Source: a virus
Lineage: Duplodnaviria > Caudoviricetes
IMG/VR virus record: IMGVR_UViG_3300042557_000196
Location: 1-54,915 of that record
DNA length: 54,915 nucleotides
Strand: one strand, 5' to 3'
The notes beneath the pieces are model-generated. The model ran no database searches. It saw only the letters and a list, made by a program, of their open reading frames with translations, and was not told the DNA's origin. This document shows positions 9,328 to 18,696 of the stretch, in pieces (the stretch's first letter is position 1; each line of letters begins with the position of its first letter). The position numbers and the translations under genes were made by a program.

Positions 9328-9356
9328 CCAACCAACCAACCAAGGAGTCAACCAAC

Positions 9357-10229
9357 ATGCCCAAGGCAACCCGCAAGGCTGGGACCTCCAGCCCCAAGTC
9401 CACCACCACGACCACCAGCGGCACTCGCAAGCCCGCCGCACGACGCAAGGCAGCATCCTCTACGCCCGCCGAGCAGCACGTTCCCGAATCGACTGAGCCG
9501 AACCCTCGTGCGGCTCACCGTGAGCGGATGGCTGCCAAGGAGGCCATGACCAAGGCGGTCACGGAATCCGCCAAGGTGCCGATGGAGTACAGCGACTTCG
9601 CCAAGCTGGACGACGCCCTCAAGGCGGCGCTCATCACTGGGCTGGACGCCGACTCCAACGGTGGCCAGTCCCGCAACGAAGTGGGCGAAGAGTACTTCGA
9701 CACGTTCATGGACGAGTTGGTCGACGGCCAGATGGACTTGGACATTGACTCGTTCATCGTCGCCTTGCTCGTTCGCCGTCGCAACCTCATCCTCCACGCC
9801 ACTGGCGACCCGGAGGCGCACGAAGAGTACAGCGACTTCAACGGCACGGGCGCTGGCCTCTTCGTCAAGGGCATGTACGAAGCGTTCGGCCTCAGGGCCA
9901 CCAGCGATGCTTGGGAGGCACCCAAGCCTGCCGCCACCAGTGGCAGCAAGGACGGGCCAATCTTCTCCGTCAGGGAAGTCACTGACGGCGAGGCCAACCC
10001 AACCGAACCTGCGTATCGCTCGGTGTACGAGGCCATCAACGATGGCGTTGGCCGTGGCACTCGCATCGCCATCCTGTACTCACGAGGCAACACCAACCGC
10101 CGCAAGTACCACGGCGAGATGGGGACCGTCCTCAACGTCAACCGGACGACCATCACCGCCAAGCTGGACTCCAGCGGCATCAAGGCCCGTGTCTCGCCCC
10201 AGCTTCTCTTCAAGGTGGTGGACGTTTGA
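9357..10229 (+). CDS. Early hypothetical protein with basic N-terminal tail
   Basis: (CCAA)n leader and AAGGAG; strongly biased codon usage. Confidence 0.8.
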   Translation: MPKATRKAGTSSPKSTTTTTSGTRKPAARRKAASSTPAEQHVPESTEPNPRAAHRERMAAKEAMTKAVTESAKVPMEYSDFAKLDDALKAALITGLDADSNGGQSRNEVGEEYFDTFMDELVDGQMDLDIDSFIVALLVRRRNLILHATGDPEAHEEYSDFNGTGAGLFVKGMYEAFGLRATSDAWEAPKPAATSGSKDGPIFSVREVTDGEANPTEPAYRSVYEAINDGVGRGTRIAILYSRGNTNRRKYHGEMGTVLNVNRTTITAKLDSSGIKARVSPQLLFKVVDV

Positions 10230-10285
10230 TGACCACCTCAACCACCCGCCAGTCAACCAACGCAACCAACAACAAGGAGGGCCGT

Positions 10286-11338
10286 ATGGCCACGACCACC
10301 ACCACCTCGCGGAAGGCCACCAAGCGTTCCGCCTCTACGCCCGCTGCTGCGCCGGTCCACCCGCTGGCCAGCCTCATCCCCGATCCCGCCACCTACTTGG
10401 ACGGGTACGTTCACCGCACCATCCGTGGAGTCAACGACTTCGACTACATGGATCAGGTCTGGGAGGGTGACGGCAACGCCGCCTACAACCTCCTGATCGA
10501 AGGCCCGACGGGTGCGGCCAAGACGTCGCTCTGCTACGCATGGGCGGCATCCCGTGGCATCCCCCTCCTGCCCATCAGCGGCACCAAGGCCATCGACATG
10601 GAGCAGCTCGTCGGAGGCCCCGGCATCATCGGCAGCGAACTCAAGTCGTTCGTGCCGGGTGTTCTCGTTCAGGCCATGCAGTACGGCGCACTCGTGCTGC
10701 TGGACGAGAAGAACTACATCCCGCAGAAGGCGATGGGCCGCCTCAACTCGCTGCTGGATCGCCGCAAGTCGCTGGAAGTCAAGGAGGCCGAAGGTTCCGG
10801 CTGGTGCGCTTCCTGCGGCCTCTACAACGACGTGGAAGCGATTGCCAAGGCGCAGGAGGCAGTCATCCTGCACCACCTCGGCAAGCGCAAGGCTGCGGCC
10901 AAGCCGCCAGTGTGCAAGCACTGCGGCGAGGTGTACCAGTCCACCATCGTGACCGCCCTCGCTGGCAAGTTCATGGTCGTGGCGACGCAGAACCCCGGCT
11001 ACGAGGGGGTCTACGACGACAACGAAGCCCAGCGCAACCGCTTCCACGAGGTGGTCACTTTCGACTACGACGTGGAAGTGGAGAAGGACCTCTTGTGGTC
11101 CGACGGACTCATGGCCCTCGCTGCGGCGATCCGGGGACGCTACGGCATGGACTTTGAGACACCCCTCGGCACCAACCGGCTCATGCACTTTGAGGCGGTC
11201 GCACTCAACGAGAAGCTGGGCATCGGTTTCGCCTGTGAGGGCTTGGTCGATTACTTCCAGCCCTCCGAGCGTGCTGCCGTCAAGGAACTGCTGGAGATGC
11301 ACCTCTCGCAGATCGAAGCAGAGCTGGCGGAGGTCTGA
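10286..11338 (+). CDS. MoxR/CbbQ/CobS-like AAA+ ATPase with zinc-ribbon insertion
   Basis: Walker A GPTGAAKT, Walker B LLDE, sensor TQNP and NRF; CASC..CKHC insert; start at ATG 10286 after AAGGAGG. Confidence 0.85.
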   Translation: MATTTTTSRKATKRSASTPAAAPVHPLASLIPDPATYLDGYVHRTIRGVNDFDYMDQVWEGDGNAAYNLLIEGPTGAAKTSLCYAWAASRGIPLLPISGTKAIDMEQLVGGPGIIGSELKSFVPGVLVQAMQYGALVLLDEKNYIPQKAMGRLNSLLDRRKSLEVKEAEGSGWCASCGLYNDVEAIAKAQEAVILHHLGKRKAAAKPPVCKHCGEVYQSTIVTALAGKFMVVATQNPGYEGVYDDNEAQRNRFHEVVTFDYDVEVEKDLLWSDGLMALAAAIRGRYGMDFETPLGTNRLMHFEAVALNEKLGIGFACEGLVDYFQPSERAAVKELLEMHLSQIEAELAEV

Positions 11339-11421
11339 CCGCCACGCTGACCGGGGTATGACTCGCTCTGCCCCGGTCAGCACCCACCCTCTACGCCCAA
11401 CCAACCAACAAGGAGAACAGC

Positions 11422-13515
11422 ATGCCGTCTACAGTCGAAGAACGCGCTACGGCGCACGCAGAGGTCACTTCATTCTGCCAGCGAGTTCTGGCCAGCCTCG
11501 TGCAGTCGCAGGGCAAGGTTGTCCGATCCATCCTCGGCAACGACACCCCGGTGACATACCACTACCAGTTCAACTCAAGCTTCTCCGCACCGTCCATCGC
11601 ATGGACTGATATGAAGAGTGTCTACATCAGCTTCGACAAGGCTAGCGAGGGGCTGGAGAAAGCGATCAGGGACTCCAAGGTGGACACCGAGCTGGTGACC
11701 CTCTCGGCAGTCGTGAAGCACGAACTCGCTCACCTCATGTTCAGCCCCGGCATGGACTCGCAGTTGATGGATGAGGTTCGTCGTTGCGGCGTTAGCACCG
11801 CGTTCAACATCCTTGAGGACAGCAGGATTGAGCGACTCTTCATCGCCAAGTACCCCGTGATGGCCAAGCTGTTCTCCATCATGGTCAACCGCTGGGTTGT
11901 CAGCGGGAACGCAAGGGCCCACCAAACCTCTTGGACTTTGCTGGCTGGAAGGCGCTACCTCAGCAGCGCAGTGAGGGACGCCTCGCGGGCCTCATTCGTC
12001 GGCTGGGCAAGGAACATGGGCATGGCCTCGGTAGGTCAGGTTGCCGACAGGGTGCAGCAGATTCATGACGCCTTCTACCGACTCGTGCCGTCGAACGACA
12101 AGCGCATCCTCTCTACCGACGATCATCAGATGATTCTGCTGGCCAAGGAGTTGGCAGACATTATCGCGTGCGGCGCCAATATGTCTGAAAGCACTGGGCA
12201 CTCTGATCCGAGCCAGTCCGGCATGGCCAACGATAGCCGTGGTGATGCACCCTCGGAGGCTTCCAAGGACGCCTTGGAAGAGGGGGACGCTCAGGCCAGT
12301 CAGGATGGGGATGGCAGCGACTCCACTGGTGGCGACGACGCTGCCTCTACGCCGAGCGACGCCGACGATGATGCCGATGCTGATGCCGATGCCGATGCAT
12401 CCTCCGCTGGCGACAGTGACGGCGACGCCGCCTCCAGCGACGGCGAAGGCGACGGCGAAGGCGACGGCGAAGGCGACGGCGACTCCAGCGAAGGCGACGG
12501 CGGATGCGGCGGCGACTCCACTGGCAGCGGCGATGCAGGTGGTTCCAAGGACGGAGAGGTGGCGAACGAACATGGCCACGGCGGTTACTCCAAGGGCAGT
12601 GGCAGCGACGCCTACGACCCTGTAAGCCTCGGTAAGGCCGCTCAGGAGTCCATCGACGCTGCGATGCAGTCCTCCGAGATTCAGAATGAGGTCCAGTCGT
12701 ACCGGGACCTCATGAACGACGGGTCGGGGCTGCGCTCGTTCTCCAAGCGCATCGGGCCAGCGAATGTCAAGCCCAACCCCGAACACTCGGTTTACGGTGC
12801 GAGCGAAATCCGGGCTAACGCCAAGGCGGCAAGTTCCAAGGTCGCCAAGGAGTTGGGTCGCCTTCGGTCGGCGGTTGAGGAAGAGCTGCTCACGAAGGAG
12901 TCTCGTGGCCGACTGGACGTTTCGGAGATCGTGCGCCGAACCATCAAGGACAAGCCTCTCGTCAACATCTACCGCCGCTTCGACGACGGGCAGGAGGACG
13001 AGGCTGGCATCGACATGGTGGTGATGGTGGACGGTTCTGCCTCAATGGGCTACGGCCATTCGTACAAGGCTTGTGCTGCCGCTTGGGCACTCAAGCACGC
13101 GATGGATCGCATCGGGCAGCCTTGCGGGGTGGTCAGTTTCTCCAACGTCTGCCGGACGATCTACGACTCCTACGAGAAGGCGGGGTCGGAACCAGTGTGG
13201 TCCTATGACTCGCAGAACACCGACCCCTTCATTGGCGCCGTTGCGGCACGGGACTTCTTCTCTCGCCCCAACGCCAACAAGGTGCAGGTGTTCGTTCTCC
13301 TCACTGACGGTTCGTTCGATGCAGAGACTGACGTGGTGGTCAAGCAGATGAACGACGCTGGCGTCATCACCGCCCTCTTCGGCTTGTCTAATGCCGTCCT
13401 CAAGCACGGCGATCACTCGTGCGCCATTTCCAGCGACATTCAGAACTCTCTGGAGATGGTGGCGATCGTCCGCAAGATTGTCCTCGCTGCCCAGCGAAAG
13501 GTGATCGAAGGGTGA
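11422..13515 (+). CDS. vWA-domain partner of the MoxR ATPase with N-terminal HExxH domain (CobT-like)
   Basis: HELAH and NILEDSRIE motifs; acidic Gly/Asp/Ser linker; MIDAS motifs DGSASM and LTDG. Confidence 0.85.
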   Translation: MPSTVEERATAHAEVTSFCQRVLASLVQSQGKVVRSILGNDTPVTYHYQFNSSFSAPSIAWTDMKSVYISFDKASEGLEKAIRDSKVDTELVTLSAVVKHELAHLMFSPGMDSQLMDEVRRCGVSTAFNILEDSRIERLFIAKYPVMAKLFSIMVNRWVVSGNARAHQTSWTLLAGRRYLSSAVRDASRASFVGWARNMGMASVGQVADRVQQIHDAFYRLVPSNDKRILSTDDHQMILLAKELADIIACGANMSESTGHSDPSQSGMANDSRGDAPSEASKDALEEGDAQASQDGDGSDSTGGDDAASTPSDADDDADADADADASSAGDSDGDAASSDGEGDGEGDGEGDGDSSEGDGGCGGDSTGSGDAGGSKDGEVANEHGHGGYSKGSGSDAYDPVSLGKAAQESIDAAMQSSEIQNEVQSYRDLMNDGSGLRSFSKRIGPANVKPNPEHSVYGASEIRANAKAASSKVAKELGRLRSAVEEELLTKESRGRLDVSEIVRRTIKDKPLVNIYRRFDDGQEDEAGIDMVVMVDGSASMGYGHSYKACAAAWALKHAMDRIGQPCGVVSFSNVCRTIYDSYEKAGSEPVWSYDSQNTDPFIGAVAARDFFSRPNANKVQVFVLLTDGSFDAETDVVVKQMNDAGVITALFGLSNAVLKHGDHSCAISSDIQNSLEMVAIVRKIVLAAQRKVIEG

Positions 13516-13593
13516 CCGTGCGGTGCCTCGGTAGCTATCCGCTGCCGGGGCACCGCTGTTCTCTACGCCTACCAACCAACCAAAGGAGTGCAA

Positions 13594-14064
13594 GTGGCGA
13601 AGAAAAGAATGAAGCCTCTCATCGACCGATTCATCGAAGCGGTTGACGACGGAGAGTACGACGAACGACTGGAAGAGCTGATCGAAGTGATCGCCACCCG
13701 GTTCGCTTGGCTGGAGTCCGACGACGACGGCGACGACGACAGTGAGCGACCCTCGCTGCTGCCCGACTACCGCTACTGGTGGATCGTGTCCAAGGCAGAG
13801 TGGGGCCGGGAAGGGTACGACGGTGAGCTGATCCACCTCATCGGAGCGCCTTCGCTCGCCTACTACGCAGAGTTGGATGGCGAACATACGGTGCTGGCGT
13901 TCCCGTCGCTGGAGTCCAGCCCGTCCGACGAAGAGCTGGCCGAAGGCAAGCAGCCTCTGATGCCCTACTGGGACCCGGACGGAGAAGGCTCTGAGCTGGA
14001 ATGGGCCAGCGATGCACGACTCACTGTCAGCGACACGCCACTAAGGACGAACGATGACTCGTAA
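13594..14064 (+). CDS. Acidic hypothetical protein
   Basis: CA-rich leader and AAGGAG; GTG 13594 gives better spacing than 13588. Confidence 0.65.
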   Translation: MAKKRMKPLIDRFIEAVDDGEYDERLEELIEVIATRFAWLESDDDGDDDSERPSLLPDYRYWWIVSKAEWGREGYDGELIHLIGAPSLAYYAELDGEHTVLAFPSLESSPSDEELAEGKQPLMPYWDPDGEGSELEWASDARLTVSDTPLRTNDDS

Positions 14065-14244
14065 GCGTCATTCCGCCCGACTCTACGCCTACCAGTGGGT
14101 TGCAGAGACACCCAAGAAGGACCGGACCTACATCTGGCTGATCTCCAAGAACAAGTCGATGTACCAGTCCGACGACCTTGCGAGGCTTGCCATGTCTCGC
14201 TTGTTCTCGTTCATGACCAACCAACTCAGGTGAAAGGACTCTAA

Positions 14245-14544
14245 ATGACTGTCGAAGAATGGCTCACAACCCCGGTTCCCTACATCATTCTCGGATGGCT
14301 AGTCGTGTCCATGCTGGTCGTCAGGTTCCTTGAGAAGGAGGAAGAAGCCCGCGTTGAGCTGGAACTGCGGATCGAAGAGCGACGCAACCGCCTTGCCCAG
14401 CAAGTGCGGGAGAAAGAAGAGCGAATCGCCCGTGCCTATCGGGCGCCAGACAACTCCCGTGAGCGAGCGGACCTTGCCGTTTGGTACGCAGAAATGGTCC
14501 GCTCAATGGATGAGTACAAGCAGAAGAAGCAAGAGGAGGACTGA
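14245..14544 (+). CDS. Membrane protein with coiled-coil tail
   Basis: N-terminal hydrophobic helix; AAGGA ribosome-binding site. Confidence 0.65.
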   Translation: MTVEEWLTTPVPYIILGWLVVSMLVVRFLEKEEEARVELELRIEERRNRLAQQVREKEERIARAYRAPDNSRERADLAVWYAEMVRSMDEYKQKKQEED

Positions 14545-14990
14545 TGCAGACGTTCCTTCCGTGGATGAGTTTCAGGGACTCCGCTGCCGACCTAGATCGC
14601 CAGAGGCTGGGGAAGCAGCGTGTCGAAACCCTCCAGATACTCCAAGCACTTGCCAGACAGTCTGGCGGTTGGAGCAAACACCCAGCAGTCCGAATGTGGG
14701 AGGGCAGCGAGCTACTGCTGGTCAACTACGGAATCGCCGTGTGCGATGAGTGGATCAGTCGTGGATACGCCGATACCTGCCGGGAGAAGATCGCAGCGAT
14801 GGCTGGCGAGTTCTCCAGCAAGAAGAGCGGCGAATGGCCGCGGTGGCTTGGCGACACACGCCTCCACCAGTCCCATCGCTTCATGCTCTACGCCAAGGAC
14901 CCCGAGCATTACCGCCAATACAGAGGTAGCTGGGACCCCAATACCGACGGTTACTTCTGGCCAACCCAACAAGGAGAAGAAAGTGTTTGA
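14544..14990 (+). CDS. Pyrimidine-dimer glycosylase/endonuclease V-like protein (MSMEG_6728 type)
   Basis: MQTFLP..LD..RLGKQRVE.LQIL..GW..HPAVRMW and H.SHR signature. Confidence 0.8.
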   Translation: MQTFLPWMSFRDSAADLDRQRLGKQRVETLQILQALARQSGGWSKHPAVRMWEGSELLLVNYGIAVCDEWISRGYADTCREKIAAMAGEFSSKKSGEWPRWLGDTRLHQSHRFMLYAKDPEHYRQYRGSWDPNTDGYFWPTQQGEESV

Positions 14991-15183
14991 TCCAGATACA
15001 GACGAGGATGTCTACCGGGAGCACTCCGACGTGACGTGCCCCGAATGCGGGCACACCGAGCCGGTCGTCCCCGACGTGCTCGGCTTCTACAGCAGCCGCC
15101 GCCCCCACAAGATCGTCTGGTCGTTCCTCTGCGAGAAGTGCGACCACGACTGGGAGTGGGATGAGGATCTGCGGGACGACTGA
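14983..15183 (+). CDS. Small zinc-ribbon protein
   Basis: GTG after CCAACCCAACAAGGAG; CPEC..CEKC. Confidence 0.7.
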   Translation: MFDPDTDEDVYREHSDVTCPECGHTEPVVPDVLGFYSSRRPHKIVWSFLCEKCDHDWEWDEDLRDD

Positions 15184-15185
15184 CC

Positions 15186-15494
15186 ATGAGAATCAACGCC
15201 AACGCGCTCAATGAGGACGTGAGCACCTCGCCACGACTGGACCGGACGTACATGGCAGGGGAGAGCGTCCACGCCAGCGTCCACGACATTCAGGCGTGGG
15301 ATATCGGCGCCCACGCCGAGGGGCTGCTCCGCACCGAGCCGACCGACACGGCCCGCACCATCGCCAGCAACGGCTCCATCGTCGTCAACGTCGGTGACGT
15401 GCGGCTCTACTTCGCCACCCCGGACGCTCTCCGGGCACTGGCCGATTACGCGACCGCTGCGGCAGACGCGGCAGAGGAGGTGCTGGACCGATGA
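15186..15494 (+). CDS. Hypothetical protein
   Basis: Closely packed ORF with coding-like codon usage. Confidence 0.65.
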   Translation: MRINANALNEDVSTSPRLDRTYMAGESVHASVHDIQAWDIGAHAEGLLRTEPTDTARTIASNGSIVVNVGDVRLYFATPDALRALADYATAAADAAEEVLDR

Positions 15495-15700
15495 GCCACC
15501 GAACGCGAGTGAGGGGGCTGATTGTCCGTAAGGCAGAGCGTCACGGAGTCGACTCCAGCACCCCCGACACCGTGATCTCTACCGTCACTGAGTGGCTGGT
15601 GGAGTGTGACAAGTGCGGTCGGATCGACAAGGCCGCAGACGAGCAGACTGCCCGTGCAAGGGCGGCACGACACGAGGAGATGCCACACCGATTGCGCTAG
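15491..15700 (+). CDS. Small CxxC/His protein
   Basis: ATGA overlap, GGAGG ribosome-binding site, CDKC. Confidence 0.55.
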   Translation: MSHRTRVRGLIVRKAERHGVDSSTPDTVISTVTEWLVECDKCGRIDKAADEQTARARAARHEEMPHRLR

Positions 15701-15750
15701 GCACCACGCACCATGTACCGTTTCCGTATCAGCCATGAAGTGGAGGCCAA

Positions 15751-15888
15751 GTGACAGACAACGAATACACCCAACTGACTCTGTTCGACACCGAGCAGAA
15801 CCAAGAGAGTGACGACGCTGACGAGCTGCGGCTCAACTCAGAGCTGGAATGGGCAGACGCCCAAGAAGAGCGGCTCTACAGGTCGTGA
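15751..15888 (+). CDS. 45-aa acidic protein (not in the ORF track)
   Basis: GGAGG then GTG; reads MTDNEYTQLTLFDTEQ...LYRS and fills the gap between genes. Confidence 0.5.
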   Translation: MTDNEYTQLTLFDTEQNQESDDADELRLNSELEWADAQEERLYRS

Positions 15889-15929
15889 CGACAACCAACC
15901 CAACCAACAACAACCAACAGGAGACAACC

Positions 15930-16322
15930 ATGAACGGACGCACCAAGGCGTCGCTCAAGTCGCTGCTGCTCAAGGCAATGCAGCTCAAGGCAACCGCAGA
16001 CAAGGCCCAGCGTGACTACCGAGAGGCCCACGACAAGCTGATGCTCAAGATGCAGGAACACGGCGTCACGAAGTTCCCAGTGGAGTTGGACGCCGGGGAA
16101 GTCGTCACCGGGACCCTCGTGGAGAGTTCCACGTTGTCCGTGGACATGGCGGCGCTGGAAGAAGCTGTCTCTCGGGAAGTGTTCGACCGGGTGACCAAGA
16201 GGTCAGTGGACATGACGGCGTTTCGCAACGCTGTCGCAGAAGGAGCGATCTCGCTGGACATTGCAGAAGAGATCGTGGTCGAAACACCACGCCAGCCCTA
16301 CCTCAGAATCTCCGAGAAGTGA
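15930..16322 (+). CDS. Hypothetical phage protein
   Basis: ATG 15930 after a long CAAC leader and AGGAG. Confidence 0.75.
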   Translation: MNGRTKASLKSLLLKAMQLKATADKAQRDYREAHDKLMLKMQEHGVTKFPVELDAGEVVTGTLVESSTLSVDMAALEEAVSREVFDRVTKRSVDMTAFRNAVAEGAISLDIAEEIVVETPRQPYLRISEK

Positions 16323-16786
16323 TGGAGTTTCAGGAGGCGCTCGCACGCATGGACAAGCGGATCAGGGTGGCCTGCCAAAGAGACAGGCTGCCCGGTCTGC
16401 TTCCCAGTGAAGTCAGGTCAGAAATGCTGGAGTGCTTGTGGCGAGCGGCTCAGACCTACGAGCAGGACAAGAACGACTCGTTCGACGCTTGGTACTTCCT
16501 GCTTTGGAATCAGCACAAGGCCCGCCACCTCAGATCGTTCTTCGCGCAGAAGCGTGCCCAAGGGCATGAGGTTCTGACCAACTTTGAGATGGAGGCGTTC
16601 CACCCACTGATCGAAGGGCCAGAAGCGTCCGACTCTACGCCGCCCAGCTTCGTTGCTGGAGTGGTGCAGCGCCGGGTGTGGGCCATGCTGGCAGCGGGCT
16701 ACAAGCCGTCAGAGGTGCGGTCGATGCTCAACCTGTCGCTTCGCCGGTACTACGGCATCATCCATGAATGGAGGTCGGCGTGGTGA
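16322..16786 (+). CDS. Sigma-70-like factor (region 2 plus C-terminal HTH)
   Basis: EMLECLWRAAQTYEQDKNDSFDAW resembles sigma region 2; GYKPSEVRSMLNLS is HTH-like. Confidence 0.6.
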   Translation: MEFQEALARMDKRIRVACQRDRLPGLLPSEVRSEMLECLWRAAQTYEQDKNDSFDAWYFLLWNQHKARHLRSFFAQKRAQGHEVLTNFEMEAFHPLIEGPEASDSTPPSFVAGVVQRRVWAMLAAGYKPSEVRSMLNLSLRRYYGIIHEWRSAW

Positions 16787-16865
16787 TCTAGCGGAAAGGA
16801 GTGTGATAGAACCGTCTATCAGTAGTCAGTAGTCCCCATACATCAGCCAAGAACAGGAGGCAATC

Positions 16866-17831
<966 letters not shown>

Positions 17832-17903
17832 CACAAGTTCGCTGGGCGGGGGAGGTTGTTGGTTGCTTCCCTCGCCCAGCCCCGTCGATCAGAAGGAGTC
17901 AAG

Positions 17904-18203
17904 ATGACTGCAAAGAAGCCATACAAGGGTGACCTCACTGAACTGAACCCCTACGACCAGAGGATCTACCCGAAGCACTGGGCAGTTGCCCAAAGCCTCT
18001 TGTCAGGCGAGCCAGTCCTTTGGGCTGACGTTTACGAAGAGACTGGCGCTGGCAACCGAACGCTGGGCATCGTGAAGAAGCACCTCGCAGACTGCGGTGT
18101 CGAACTACGTCGCCTTCGCAACGAGGACCGTGAGATTGTCTACATCGCTTCGGCAGGTGCTTCTGCCAAGAAGGTTGAGGCAATCCCTTTGGCGATGGCC
18201 TGA
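17904..18203 (+). CDS. Small putative winged-helix protein
   Basis: ATG 17904 after AAGGAG; fold is inferred only. Confidence 0.55.
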   Translation: MTAKKPYKGDLTELNPYDQRIYPKHWAVAQSLLSGEPVLWADVYEETGAGNRTLGIVKKHLADCGVELRRLRNEDREIVYIASAGASAKKVEAIPLAMA

Positions 18204-18277
18204 CGCCGGACCCTCCTGCTGGACTGCCAGAAGCCCGTTCTCTACGCCCAGCGTTCGTCTGCGGCATCTGCAAGAGG

Positions 18278-18544
18278 GTGAGCTACCCGCACGACCCGGA
18301 GTCGGCTGACTGGCTTGTTGGCTACCGTGTCAGGTCCCGTGGCTACCAGCGTGCTGATCCGACGCAGCGCCCACTCCAGATGCGCTGCCCCCAGCACGTC
18401 ACTCGGTGGTCGCTGGAATCTGTAGGCATCCCGGTCAGGCAGGAAACACTCATCCGTGTCGCCCAAGCCAAGCGGCGTGACGCAGAGAGGCTCAAGCACA
18501 ACCCAAACCACGGCATGGACTCGCCGTACTTCCTGCCGCCGTAG
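18278..18544 (+). CDS. Hypothetical protein (start uncertain)
   Basis: The frame is open upstream of GTG 18278 and includes CGIC, so the true start may be earlier. Confidence 0.5.
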   Translation: MSYPHDPESADWLVGYRVRSRGYQRADPTQRPLQMRCPQHVTRWSLESVGIPVRQETLIRVAQAKRRDAERLKHNPNHGMDSPYFLPP

Positions 18545-18696
18545 GGCGGAAAGGTTGCATCGGCTCCGGTCTATTACCTAGGTAACCAGTTCGCCGCCCC
18601 CACCACCTTCACTCAGGGTGCCCACCCTTCCCTTCCTCTCCCCGGGCACTTTGACGTGAAGCGTGGTGGGGGCGGTTCCTTCGTTTAGGAGAAGGC

